Positions 13,001 through 24,526 of a stretch of DNA of 64,000 bases are shown in pieces; within the stretch, counting starts at the first letter, position 1; each line of letters begins with the position of its first letter. The position numbers and the translations under genes are program-made. The notes beneath the pieces are model-generated. The model saw only the letters and a program-made list of their open reading frames with translations, searched no databases and was not told where the DNA came from. Origin of the DNA: Mytilus edulis (taxonomy: Eukaryota); the NCBI RefSeq assembly GCF_963676685.1, contig NC_092349.1:31434001-31498000 (forward strand). The letters are read 5' to 3'.

Positions 13001-16000
13001 TTTGACATGAATATCAATAATGTGATCATTTTTATAAATTTTCTGATACAAAATTTGAATTTTTCGAAAAACTAAGGATTTTCTTGTCCCAGGAATAGAT
13101 TACCTTAGCCGTATTTGGCACAACTTTTTGGAATTTTGGATCCTCTATGCTCTTTAACTTTGTATTGTTTGGCTTTATAACTATTTTGATATGAGCGTCA
13201 CTGATGAGTCTTATGTAGACGAAACGCGCGTCTGGCGAACTAAATTATAATCCTGGTATTTTTGATAACTAATTTCACAAATTTATGGTGTTAGGATGAT
13301 GATATATGTCAATATCGGATCATATTATGGTATGACATTGTTGTCTTCATCGTCTACATCATTGTTGAGGACCAATACATCTGGTTCCAAACATAACTTG
13401 AGAAAAAGTGAATGAATCTCTATGAAATTGTAACACAAGGTACCATACCACAAAATGAAGGTTGGGATTGGTTTTTGGATTATTGTGCCACTTATCATAT
13501 CAATTTTTTTTCTCCATCTAGGATCTGTATGAGACAACTACAGAAGAGGAAGACAATGCTGAGGAATTGTTAAATGAGGATGGAGATGGTTCGTCATTAC
13601 AGACAACCAATGGGGTCGTAGATCTAGAGGATCTTGGCAAAGTCATGCAAACTATGAAAAAAGCAAAAGTATGTTTAATACTGGACATGTTAGATATTAT
13701 TAAATAGTTACAGTTAACTCTCGTTGTCTCGAAATTTCGGATGAGTCGAAGTTTTCACGTGGTCCCGAACTTTATTCCATACAAAAGTATGTAATTCGAC
13801 TCCTGATGAATCGAAATTTCGGTTGAGTCGAACTAAATTTACGGTCCCAAGGTTAACAAAAGCATTCAAAAATCATTTTTTATCTCGAACTAATACACAT
13901 ATGTCAAAACATGACCTCCGGGATTTAAATGGATTGAAGAGTTAATCTGACAATACACGTGTAAATTAAATTTCCGGTCACTGACCACTGTATTGATTTA
14001 TGACATGCTATTTCCATGAGTGTTTTCCAAAGATTATCTTTTATAGAATTTTTATAAATAATTAGTGATAAATTGTTAATGTTCATGAAAAAGTATTTTA
14101 ATTGTTTACAAAACAATTAATTTGTGATTTACACTAATGAGCTTTGGTGTGTATAAAGTGAGGATTATGGCTTCCATTGATGATCACCTAAAAACTACTC
14201 AAACGGCGTCTTTAATCTTATTATATGTTCTTTTGAAAACAAAGAGTGAGATAAAACAAAATGGAAATCAAAATTTTCTTAAATCTCTTGTATCCGAGAA
14301 TAAACAATTTTGTCAGCTATTAGCGACCTGAATTACGAAACTGTCGATTGGAAATTACTCTCTTGGAAAAGCCATAGGATTTTTTTTTTAATTGAAACAT
14401 TTGAATAAATAAAAATAACAGTCATTGTAATAATAAAAGACTGTGACATACAAATACATCGATCTGATACTAGAATATCGATCCCCTTGTCATATTCACC
14501 CGGATTTATTTTAGCTTTACCAAGCTAAACAAGAGTTGTGTCCCTTAGATTGTCGAACTTCCGGTGTTCGTTTGAGTCGAACTACGTGTATCTCGAAATA
14601 TTTCTCTGGTCCGGCTGACTTCGACATAATGAGAGTCGACTGTATTTGGGAAATAGTGATTTTAGGCTTTTAATGGCATATTTAAGTCCTTGATTTTCAC
14701 TTAGTCAAGCTCAAAGAACACTGTCCTCTCCTGTGCCTTAAGGTGGGGAATAGCAGTAGTCCAGTTCCTTATGGGGATTGTAAAGATCATGAATTATATT
14801 TTAAGTGCCAACATCAAACAGCATCTTGCTCCAGCTGTGAAATAGTTGTAGTTTTCTGCTTTTAAGGTGGTAGACCTTGGTTCAGGGAGATAACTCTTTA
14901 AATCACTTATGTGTTTGTTAAAGTCAAGTTTCATCAATGTTTTTAAGCATTTACCTGAAACAGATTGGAAATAATCTATGTAACCTAGAAGCTTAGAATA
15001 TATTTTTGAAAATGGTTGACACAAATGTACTGATGATTTAAGAGTTATTTCCCTTAACCTAGGTCTACCTCCTTAAGTGACTGGCAAGATAATGATATTA
15101 TGTTCCATTGACTATAGTGTTTAGTGAATTCCATGTTCCTGATCAAACCAATCCAGGCTTTGAAATATAAAAGTCTCAATGAATATAATATCTCTGGGGT
15201 TGATAACAAATTGTATCAACTTAATCAAAAGTCAATTATTGTATTTCATGTATATATTATAATCACTTAGAAATCAGTCAATCACCTATGTATATTTCAT
15301 GTAACTAATAAAGGTTTTAGCCAATTGACCAATGCCCTTTTAAGTTTTATCCAAATGACCAACGCCCTTTTAAAAAATGACCAATTTGTTTGAAGGTAAG
15401 AAGAAAGAAAGAAGAATCAGCACAGTCAACTGGTGAACCTAGAGAAATGGTTACACCTATGCTAAAGAAGGCATTAGAGAAACAGGGATACAGGCTGATA
15501 GGGTCACACTCAGGGGTCAAGCTATGTAGATGGACAAAGGTAATAAATTTAGAATTACAGACATTGCTTATATAAAAATAAGAAGGATGTGGCATAATTG
15601 CCAATGAGACAACTGTCAACCAGAGAAGAAGTTAGCAACAATATATTATACATCACTATATGACCTTGGATGTTTTAGTTCTTATTTATAAAATGATTGA
15701 CATTATATGAAATAATGTTTTTAACATTTTATTTACTGCAAGAAAAATATTTAGTATTAAATGTACTAAATTTTAATAGAAAATGAAGATGTGGTATGAG
15801 TTCCATTGAGACAACTCTTCATCCAAAATGTAAACAATTATAGGCCTTCAACACAAAGCCTTGGCTCACACAGAACAGCATCCTATAAAGGGTCTCAAAA
15901 TGACTAGTAAGAAACAATTCAAACAGGAAAAACAATGATCTTATCTATATATAAACGGGAAATGAAAAACACTTATGAACCAAATCAACAAAAGACAACA

Positions 16001-19000
16001 AATGAACATCAGGTTCCTCACTTATATGATCTCAATGCTTTTAATTTCAGTCAATGTTAAGAGGAAGAGGAGGTTGTTACAAGCATGCGTTTTATGGTAT
16101 AGAGAGTCACAGATGTATGGAAACTACACCCAGTCTGGCTTGTGCAAATAAATGTGTCTTTTGTTGGAGGTAGGTGCTGCATAAAAAAGGATGGCCACTT
16201 GGCTAAGATATTTTTGGAAGAGTGATACTTAATAATGAGAAGGGATAGGAGGGGTCCTGATCCCGAAATCACGGGCTTAAAAACATGAAATCCTGAGGTC
16301 CCGAATTTTAAAATATCAAATCCTGACATCCTGAAGTTCAATAAAAGAAATCCCAGATCCTGAAAGGGTCAATCACAAAATCCAGACTTAAAAACACCTG
16401 ATCCCAACGTCCCGAAAAAGGTCCTGCCCCCTCTCGATAATGTCAATAATGTCTGATGTAGCATTTTAAACATATGTCTGTTCATGTATCAACATCTATC
16501 TTGTGATGCATTTTCACGTCCATTGCTTGTCAACTTCCTGTTTACTAAAATTATTATTTCAAGCAATAATTCTCAGTTAAACTTTTTTTATTTCAATCAT
16601 ATGATACTTGCTTAAACAGAGAATTCTTTCTTGTCTTTCACATTGGATAACACTTGTGTATGAAACAAGTAAATCAGTTTTGAAGATTAAAATTTATTGT
16701 TTTTGAATTTTTTCAAACCATGAAGGAATGCATATTGATCTCATGGTGTTCCCCCCTTTTTCAGACATCATACTAATCCTGTTGGTACAGAATGGAGATG
16801 GAAGATGGACGATGCAAATACTGTTTTCCAGGGAGCTCTAGATAACCATGTGGGCTTAATCAAACAGTTCAAAGGTCAGTGCATGACATGTCTTTTTACA
16901 ATTTAATTTTTCAGAGTTATAAAGATATTAGGATTCATTTTATCTTTCAACAAGACATTAAATGATCATTATGTTTTGTTTTGTCATTGCTTGTTGGACA
17001 ATAGAATCAATAAATTCTTTAAACATAACATTCTACATCAACAATGCTTCAATTAGAATGTAAAATATATTTTTCTTGGAAGATTCCTGCGGGAATTACA
17101 AATGTTCTTTGGTAAACAAATATTCATATTTCCCTATATATAGCTACTTTAAGGGAAACAGTTGTATACTACCGTAGCCGGTAATTTTCACGGGAATAAA
17201 ATTTCGCGATTTTGTTCTATCTGCGAAAAAAAGCAAAAATTTACACTCCGTGAAAGTAACCCTCTATACGGTATATATTACACCCTGGTTCACTGATTGA
17301 CCACAAATCGTCTAAGATGTAGTGGAATCTAGAACAGACATGTTGTAATATTTTGAATACTTCTTAATCATTTGTTATCCATTGTATATATACAGGTGTC
17401 CCTGGAGTCAAAGCAGAAAGATTTGCAGAAGGTTTAGAACCTCAACACTGTGCCTTGTCCTTAGTAGGAGAACCAATCATGTACCCAGAAATCAACAAAT
17501 TTATAGAACTACTGCATGGAAAAGGCATCTCATCTTTCTTAGTTACTAATGCACAATTTCCTGATGCAATTAGGTATGGAATAAGTCAGCATTTATATAA
17601 GTTTTATTCTTGCTATCTTCAATTCGTGATGCTTTGCGTGTGTTAATTTTCACCTGAAAGCAGGCGAAAAATTTATGGTCATACCAGTGAGAGGTTTAAC
17701 TAGCTATAAAACCAGGGTTAAATCCACTATTTTCTATCCAAGAAAAAATGTCTGTCCTAAGTCAGGAAAATGACATTTGTTATCCGTTCGTTTGATGTGT
17801 TTGAGCTTTTTATATTGCCATTTGCTTAATAGGGACTTTCCAATTAGAATATCCCTCTGAGTTTGATATTATTGCTATTTTACCTTCTAACTTGATACAT
17901 ATTATTTCAGCAATCTGGTTCCCGTCACTCAGTTATATGTCAGTATTGATGCCAGTACGAAAGAAAGTCTAAAGAAAATAGATCGTCCATTATTCAAAGA
18001 CTTCTGGGAAAGATTTATAGAGAGTTTAAAAGCTCTTAGTGCTAAACGTCAAAGAACTGTGTATAGATTAACATTAGTAAAAGCATGGAATACTGATGAA
18101 CTTGATAATTATGCTGATTTAGTGTCACTCGGAAAACCTGATTTTATAGAAATTAAGGTAAATAATAGTGTTAGGTGTAATACTTTATGACAAGGAAAAC
18201 TATAGACACTCAAAACTTATTTCTAAAACTTAGGTCAATAGGGTGTTGTTGTTTTTCAAATGAAAGAAAATAAGCAAAATAATGAAGTGTCATGATGAGG
18301 CCTCAGTGGGTGGCGGTTTGTTCTAACTACAACATCACTAGCCTGATAATAGTGAGGTTATGAGTTCGAACCACACATGTGCCTTGGCTGGCGTCCTCAT
18401 CTTCAATCTTAATGGACAATGATTATCAGTTTTCCTGCCGATGGTTGTGGTGCTATTTAGGCACTCCAGCTTCTACCACTGGTATAAACTGACTGCCATG
18501 AAATATTTAGCCATTAGTACGGAAAGTGGTGTTAAACACTAATCATATATTATGTGTCATGTTCAAATTCTAGATAAAGAGAGTAAATGTGATACAAGTA
18601 TTCTGAAAAAAAGTAGTTGCAATCATTGATACAGAAAAATAAGATGGGTCACATTTGTTTTGGGTTGAACCTGTAACCTTGTTAATCATTTAAAAAAAAA
18701 GAATTCTTTTCATGATTTACTTGAAAAGTATGATTAGTTTTAAATTGTTTTGATTGCATGTATAGATTATCCAGTTCTATTTTGATAATAAGTCTGATTG
18801 CAGGTAGATTTAGAATAAAAGGAGATAAAAATCTATTCATGCAGTACAATAGAATATGCACACACATATTTTCATATAGAATATAAAAAAGACTGTTTTA
18901 AATGTTAATAGCTGTTAAAAACTGCTTCATGAACCACCACATTTAAACCAAAAACGATTTTGTTTTTTCATAGGGTGTAACTTACTGTGGAGAATCCAAA

Positions 19001-20366
19001 GCCTCTAGCTTAACCATGCAGAATGTCCCATGGCATGAGGAAGTAGTACACTTCGTCAAACAGCTGACTGATAGATTGGATGAATACGAGATAGCTTCTG
19101 AGCATGAACATTCTAACTGTATACTTATTGCTAATACTAAGGTGAGTTTTATTATAGGAATCCTAAATTTCATGTTTTTCCATCTTAAAATGAATCCTTT
19201 TTTTCATGTGGATTTGTTTGCATTACAATAGAAAATATTTGAAAGAAAAGTGATTGTTTTTCGGTGTTTAGGCGGTTTGTCTCCAAGCTGACGGTTGTCT
19301 GAAGTTTTATTTATTAATAGATAGGTTGTGTACTTTATAACTTCATATAGCAGTTGCATTAATGAGCAAAGCGTACTAGATTTAACCTCAAATAAAGTTC
19401 CATAGCTGTGTCCCTTGCACCACTCAAACACTCTCACTAACTATTACAACATGCTTCACTTTATCAAACTCACTTCACCCCAAAAAAAGTAAATATAACA
19501 TACTTGAAGAAATGTGTTTTAATCATTATATTGTTTTCTTCTCTAAGTAAATCCCTCCTTTCCAAGAGCACCTGTGTCACACAGAGACAGAACATATCAC
19601 CACTCAAAAAAAAGTACTAAAATCTCGCACCACTAAAGAAATGTTTAAATCAGCAGAGAGTAATATCACATTTAGTTATTTACTCCATTCTTGGAGCACC
19701 CATATATCTCAGAGACAGATCTTGACTCAGACCTTTCAAAATAAGATAATACTACAAACTATCACCGCTGATAAATGTTTTGATCATCAGTGTTTTAGGT
19801 TGTCCTCTTTTCTGAGTTATTTCTTCAGTTCCAGGAGTACCTGTGTAACACTGAGACAGAAACTACTGATTAAACATTCAAACTTCTATGCAAAAACAAC
19901 TGACAAAATAATCAAAACTATCAACATAATGCACCAGTGCATAAAAACAGTTTGAGAAACCCAAACCAAAGATGTGTATCACCATAACCATTTCAAGTAG
20001 TCTCAAAGAGACCCTTGAGCTGATTTTTTTTTCTAGTTGTTAATATAATTCAAAAGGAATTTCAAAGTTTGCATCAAAATTGATTGTTAAGTATATCAAA
20101 GTCCAATTAAAATCTTTACATCTGTAAGGAATATATATTTTTTTTCATTACAGTTTAAAGTGGATGGTGAATGGTGGACGTGGATTGACTACCCCAAATT
20201 TCATCAGTTAATTAAGGGTTTTAATGAATCACAAAAGACATTTTCAGCTGAAGATTACATGGCTAAGACTCCATCATGGGCTGTGTTTGGAGCAAAGGAA
20301 CAAGGCTTTGATCCTGTGGAGACCAGATTCTTCAGGAAAAAACAGAAAGATATTGGAGGATGCTGA
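3918..20366 (+). CDS. TYW1: S-adenosyl-L-methionine-dependent tRNA 4-demethylwyosine synthase TYW1, 14 coding exons, 724 aa
   Basis: Exons 3918-4046, 4697-4834, 7629-7730, 8262-8456, 11469-11568, 12526-12710, 13522-13668, 15396-15539, 16051-16169, 16765-16874, 17396-17573, 17911-18157, 18974-19141 and 20154-20366. All introns are GT-AG with compatible phases, and the total is 2175 nt. Motifs: N-terminal hydrophobic anchor, flavodoxin (FYGTQTGNAK, STYTDG, AVFGLGNS), GSHSGVKLCRWTK, GGCYK, radical-SAM CANKCVFC, LSLVGEP, FLVTNAQFP, SEHEHS. Confidence 0.96.
4697..4834 (+). CDS. TYW1: TYW1 coding exon 2 (start of flavodoxin, IFYGTQTGNAK)
   Basis: tttcag acceptor, AAG|gtttgg donor, FMN-binding loop. 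Confidence 0.9.
5368..5556. mobile_element. PIF/Harbinger-like MITE
   Basis: TIR gggctattccagaaaaaa / ttttttctggaatagccc, 3-bp TTA TSD. Confidence 0.8.
5959..6876. mobile_element. Tc1/mariner (pogo-type) non-autonomous element
   Basis: TIR cagtcgaaccttgttgtgtc / gacacaacaaggttcgactg, TA TSD. Confidence 0.85.
7189..7562. repeat. 22-bp minisatellite x17 (ggttgcccatgaaaatgaaata)
   Basis: Exact 22-nt period with four single-base variants. It explains the three repetitive minus-strand ORFs in the track. Confidence 0.97.
7629..7730 (+). CDS. TYW1: TYW1 coding exon 3 (ILADNL...YDPEDNLVTE)
   Basis: ttctcag acceptor, GAG|gtatgt donor, in frame. Confidence 0.9.
8262..8456 (+). CDS. TYW1: TYW1 coding exon 4 (STYTDGTPP...AVFGLGNSLY)
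   Basis: ttacag acceptor, gtaagc donor, flavodoxin motifs. Confidence 0.92.
8669..9732 (+). mobile_element. hAT-like deletion derivative with 6-bp TSD
   Basis: TIR catacctgccaacttt / aaagttggcaggtatg, TSD acaatg. Remnant transposase N-terminus PPKKKKR...AFCKVCNRDFKVDHGGLNDVSKH at ~8992-9183. Confidence 0.75.
9209..9421. mobile_element. Sola2-like MITE nested in the hAT element
   Basis: GAG...CTC termini (gagggtttgga / tccagaccctc), 4-bp TSD atat. Confidence 0.6.
11469..11568 (+). CDS. TYW1: TYW1 coding exon 5 (VGKKVDRFF...GLGDEN)
   Basis: tttacag acceptor, G|gtaagc donor, phase 0/1. Confidence 0.9.
11982..12455 (+). repeat. Interspersed repeat of the aagatgtggt...gccaatgagacaactc family
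   Basis: Related fragments at ~8140, ~15582 and ~15785-16020. Confidence 0.7.
12526..12710 (+). CDS. TYW1: TYW1 coding exon 6 (end of flavodoxin, Cys-rich and acidic linker)
   Basis: tttcag acceptor, GAG|gtaatt donor, phase 1/0. Confidence 0.88.
13002..13272 (+). mobile_element. Partial retrozyme-like repeat in TYW1 intron 6
   Basis: Homologous to the monomers at 46180-47230 and 61857-62325. Confidence 0.8.
13196..13237 (+). ncRNA. Type I hammerhead ribozyme, intact core
   Basis: cgtca-CTGATGA-gtct(tatgt)agac-GAAA-c(gcgc)g-TC^tggcg. Stem I is cgtca/tggcg, stem II is 4 bp, stem III is minimal and palindromic. GUC cleavage is predicted after 13232. Confidence 0.9.
13522..13668 (+). CDS. TYW1: TYW1 coding exon 7 (acidic linker, VVDLEDLG)
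   Basis: catctag acceptor, gtatgt donor, DLEDLG motif. Confidence 0.88.
13711..14642. mobile_element. Tc1/mariner-type non-autonomous element
   Basis: TIR cagttaactctcgttgtctcgaa / ttcgacataatgagagtcgactg, TA TSD. Confidence 0.8.
15396..15539 (+). CDS. TYW1: TYW1 coding exon 8 (REMVTP...GSHSGVKLCRWTK)
   Basis: tttgtttgaag acceptor (exact 5' edge less certain), AAG|gtaata donor. Confidence 0.88.
16051..16169 (+). CDS. TYW1: TYW1 coding exon 9 (GGCYK; radical-SAM CxxxCxxC)
   Basis: tttcag acceptor, CANKCVFC at 16141-16164, AG|gtaggt donor. Confidence 0.95.
16237..16435. mobile_element. Sola2-like MITE with internal atcccga/atcctga subrepeats
   Basis: gaga.ggg...agga / tcctgccccctctc termini. 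Confidence 0.5.
16765..16874 (+). CDS. TYW1: TYW1 coding exon 10 (HHTNPVGTEWRW)
   Basis: ttttcag acceptor, G|gtcagt donor. Confidence 0.93.
17172..17271. mobile_element. ~100-bp MITE
   Basis: ccgtag..ggtaattttcacgg / ccgtgaaagtaacc..tatacgg, TA flanks. Confidence 0.65.
17396..17573 (+). CDS. TYW1: TYW1 coding exon 11 (HCALSLVGEP...FLVTNAQFP)
   Basis: tacag acceptor, AG|gtatgg donor. Confidence 0.95.
17911..18157 (+). CDS. TYW1: TYW1 coding exon 12 (QLYVSIDA...PDFIEIK)
   Basis: tttcag acceptor, AAG|gtaaat donor. Absent from the ORF track because it has no start codon. Confidence 0.95.
18298..18545 (+). mobile_element. tRNA-derived SINE (decayed)
   Basis: A-box-like 5' end, B-box gagttcgaacc at ~18362, and a core/tail (actccagcttc..accac...aaagtggtgttaaacac) resembling mollusc SINEs. 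Confidence 0.6.
18974..19141 (+). CDS. TYW1: TYW1 coding exon 13 (GVTYCG...SEHEHSNC)
   Basis: ttcatag acceptor, AAG|gtgagt donor. Confidence 0.95.
20154..20366 (+). CDS. TYW1: TYW1 coding exon 14 (WTWIDY...GFDP...GGC*)
   Basis: ttacag acceptor, TGA stop at 20364-20366, several AATAAA downstream. Confidence 0.95.
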   Translation, partial: FKVDGEWWTWIDYPKFHQLIKGFNESQKTFSAEDYMAKTPSWAVFGAKEQGFDPVETRFFRKKQKDIGGC

Positions 20367-21322
20367 TATTTGCACATGTTTTTACCTGCTGTGATTTTTT
20401 AATTATTATCATGATATTGTTATGAAGGATATTAAAATATTTAGTATAAACATGTCAAGAGTTTTTGATAATTCTAATGTTGTTTGTTATGATTATTTCA
20501 TTGGAGAGTGTTGGGTAACCAAAATATTATTCATATATACATCTGTTTTATGAAAAAAGGTGTAAGGGTGTAAAGTTTAATTAGTGTTGATGAAATCTTT
20601 TATCTCTGAATATGTGAACCTGATTTTGAACTGTACATAATAAAGGCTCGGTCTAGTCATCACATAGTAGAGTGCAATAAACTTTTTATTTCAGTTTGGA
20701 ATAAGTGAGAATGAATGAGAAGTTCAATGAACATGTCCATTAGCCCCTTCATTATATCCTATATCACCATAATAAATCATATTTATCCATCACATGTTCT
20801 TCGTCATTTATGTTTTATTTTGAACTTATATAAAGGTTATTTATGAAACAGGTGTTGCACCAACTGACATTTTTATCTGTTTTTTCTACTTGTTTTATGG
20901 TTGGGCAATATTTTTGCTTCATTAATCCTATTCTCTTTATTACAGCATATTAAGATAAACTGAATGAATAAAAGCTCTTCTTAATGAATATGAGAGATTT
21001 TTTTACAGATTCAATGCAAAGGTTTCTTTTCTATTTGTTCATTGTTAATTTTTAATTGCACGTTTTTGTCAAGCCTGCAACTTCTGTTGCAAAACGCTCG
21101 ACATAGGGATAGTGATCCGGTGGCAACATTAACAAACTTCTTAGAAGCTTTATATTTCATAAGGTAGAAGACCTGAATCCTTTGTATTTAGATGCCTTAT
21201 GATGCAAAGTTTCTGTCTGTCATATGTCCATTGTCCTTCACCTCATTTTCATGCACGGTTCAGTGACTACTTGAAAAAAAGTTAAAATTTTAGTAATCTT
21301 AATTTCTCTCATATTATGAGGT

Positions 21323-21758
21323 ACTATGATAGTACTTTAATTCGTGGGTATCAATTTTCGGTTTGAGCACGTTCGTGGGTTTTTTAATTCATGGATTTTA
21401 GTTTTCCAAAAAAAAAAATGAAATGAAGGAAATTGCAAAGAGAACATTGACCTGTGTAAATCGTATCGATCACACTAACCCGAGAAGAGTGATCAACAGA
21501 TTAAAGATCATCAAAGGTGTTAATTAAGCCATAAACATGTTACCCAAAGAACATATTTACATAAACAATTGCTGTAAACGTATCTTGAATTGTAAAACAA
21601 AAAAATCTGACTTTCAACGATCAAAAATATCTTTTTTATGACTGAGAATTAAAGATCAAAGGTTGTCCAGTTTAGGTTTTTATACGACCGCAAAAATTTT
21701 AATTTTTTGGTCGTATATTGCTATCACGTTGGCGTCGTCGTCTGCGTCGTCGTCGTCT

Positions 21759-21796
<38 letters not shown>

Positions 21797-24248
21797 CGAA
21801 TACTTTTAGTTTTCGCACTCTAACTTTAGTGAAAGTGAATAGAAATCAATGAAATTTTAACACAAGGTTTATAACCACAAAAGGAAGGTTGGGATTGATT
21901 TTGGGAGTTTTGGTCCCAATATTTTAGGAATTAGGGGCCAAAAAGGGCCCAAATAAGCATTTTCTTGGTTTTCGCACTATAACTTTAGTTTAAGTGAATA
22001 GAAATCTATGAAATTTTGACACAAGGTTTATGACCACAAAAAGACGGTTGGGATTGATTTTGGGAGTTTTGGTTCCAACAGTTTAGGAATTACGGGCCAA
22101 AAAAGGGCCCAAATAAGCATTATTCTTGGTTTTCGCACAATAACTTTAGTATAAGTGAATAGAAATCAATGAAATTTAAACACAAGGTTTATGACCACAA
22201 AAGGAAGGTTGGGATTGATTTTTGGAGTTGAGGTCACAACAGTTTATGAATTAGGGGCCAAAAAGGGGCCCAAAATAAGCATTATTTTTGGTTTTTGCAC
22301 CATAACTTTAGTATAAGTAAATAGAAATCTATGAAATTTAAACACAAGGTTTATGACCATAAAAGGAAGGTTGGGTTTGATTTTGGGAGTTTTGGTCCCA
22401 ACAGTTTAGGAAAAAGGGGCCCAAAGGGTCCAAAATTGAACTTTGTGTGATTTCATCAAAAATTGAATAATTGGAGTTCTTTGATATGCCGAATCTAACT
22501 ATGTATGTATATTCTTAATTTTTGGTTCCGTTTTCAAATTGGTCTACATTAAGGTCCAAAGGGTCCAAAATTAAACTTAGTTTGATTTTAACAAAAATTG
22601 AATCTTTGGGGTTCTTTGATATGCTGAATTTAAAAATGTACTTAGATTTTTAATTATTGGCCTAGTTTTCAAGTTGGTCCAAATGGGGGTCCAAAATTAA
22701 ACTTTGTTTGATTTCATCAAAAATTGAATAAATGGCCCCGGGTTCTTTGATATGCCAAATCTAACTGTGTATGTAGATTCTTAATTTTTGGTCCAGTTTT
22801 CAAATTGGTCTACATTAAGGTCCAAAGGGTCCAAAATTAAACCAAGTTTGATTTTAACAAAAATTAAATTCTTGGGCTTATTTGATATGCTTTATCTTAA
22901 CATGTACTTTGATTTTTGAATATGGGCCCAGTTTTCAAGTTGGTCCAAATCAGGATTCCATATCAAGTATTGTGCAATAGCAAGAAATTTTCAATTGCAC
23001 AGTATTGCACAATAGCAAGAAATATCTAATTGCACAATATTGTGCAATAGCAATTAATTTTCAATTGGAGTTATCTTTCTTTGTATAGAATAGTAGTTGA
23101 TAATATATGTTGGAAATTTGCCAGACATGACTATGATGTCATTTTCTATTTTTATTTGCCAATAACTTTATGTAAATAACTTCATTGGAAATTTGCCAAT
23201 ATAAAATGTTGCTGATGAAGCTTTTTTTCCTTATCTTATCTAAAATGTTTTTAGATAATGTATGTTGGACATTTGCCAGACATGACTATGATGTCATTTT
23301 CTATTTTTATTTGCCAATAACTTTATGTAAATAACTTCATTGGAAATTTGCCAATATTAAATGTTGCTGATGAAGTTTTTTTTATTGTTTTATACAATAA
23401 ACAATGTATATTCTCTTTTACTACCAACCAATCTTTACCATTCAGTGATAACAAGCACTTTATTTTACATTTTAATATTTTATGATGTATTTAAAAGAGT
23501 AGTTATTGTTGCAAACTCCATTAGAAATTTGAATTGATATCAGTTTTGGAAAAAGGGAAACGGGGATGTGAAAAAAAATGGGGGGAAACGGGGATGTGAA
23601 AAAAAATGGGGGGGGGGTAAATTTTTTTCATTTCAGATTTCATAAATAAAAAGAAAATTTCTTCAAACATTTTTTTTAGAGGATTAATATTCACCAGCAT
23701 AGTGAATTGCTCAAAGGCAAAAAAATGTTTTAAGTTCATTAGACCACATTCATTCTGTGTCAGAAACCTATGCTGTGTCAACTATTTAATTTTAGATTTA
23801 AATAAGTTTGAAGAAGAAATCTTTAATTGATTTGTAAAATCTTGACATTTGTTTTGTGTAAAAAAAACCATGTAATGTCAAAAATTTGATCACAATCCAA
23901 ATTCAGTGCTGTATCACGCTTGAATGTTTTGTCCATACTTGCCCCAACTGTTCAGGGTTCGACCTCTGCGGTCGTATAAAGCTGCGCCCTGCGGAGCACC
24001 TGGTTAAAGATTAAATAGGTATAATTCTGCTTGCAGTTGTAGTTCATAGTGCGTTTGCCCTGTGACTACAGTTATAGTATTCTCAAATTTGGCGATATTC
24101 AATGTATTATCTAGATCATATCAGTAGTTAAACTTACATTGGGATTTTTCGATGTCTTGATTTGGACAACAGTTATTTCATTTTGGATAAAGTCATCCAC
24201 GAAAACCACGAAAATTGGTTCCCCACGAATAAAAGTACTTTTAAAGTA
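21323..24248. mobile_element. TA-flanked MITE split by a nested HINE
   Basis: Ends agtactttaattcgtggg / cccacgaataaaagtact. Absent from the paralogous site at ~45530, where gaggta joins taggataacc. Confidence 0.7.
21677..24005 (+). mobile_element. Helentron-associated non-autonomous element (HINE/DINE-1-like) with internal tandem arrays
   Basis: Subterminal inverted repeats tttatacgaccgca / tgcggtcgtataaa and a (GTC)n microsatellite at 21733-21797. Internal arrays: ~160-bp x~3.8 (21810-22425), ~130-bp x4 (22427-22950) and a ~154-bp duplication. GC-rich 3' hairpin and T-rich ends. Confidence 0.8.
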
Positions 24249-24526
24249 AAGGATAACCATATTTGGTATGTCAGTACCTTTCAAGGTCCTCATACTTGTT
24301 TTCACTTGACCTCAACCTCATTTAATGGATCAGTGAATCAGATTAAGTTTTCGTGGTCAAGTCCATGTCTAAGGTACTATAATTATATAAGTAATAGGTT
24401 TACTATAATTGGTGTATCAAATGATTGTAAGTTGTACATGTCCGTCTAACAGGTGTCATTTGACCTTGACTTGATTTTCATGGTTACCATTTAAGGGTTG
24501 TAGTTCATGACCAATATCTGCAATTC

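Noticed and set aside
18298-18380. tRNA gene
   Set aside because: A B-box is present but there is no cloverleaf. It continues into a SINE body.
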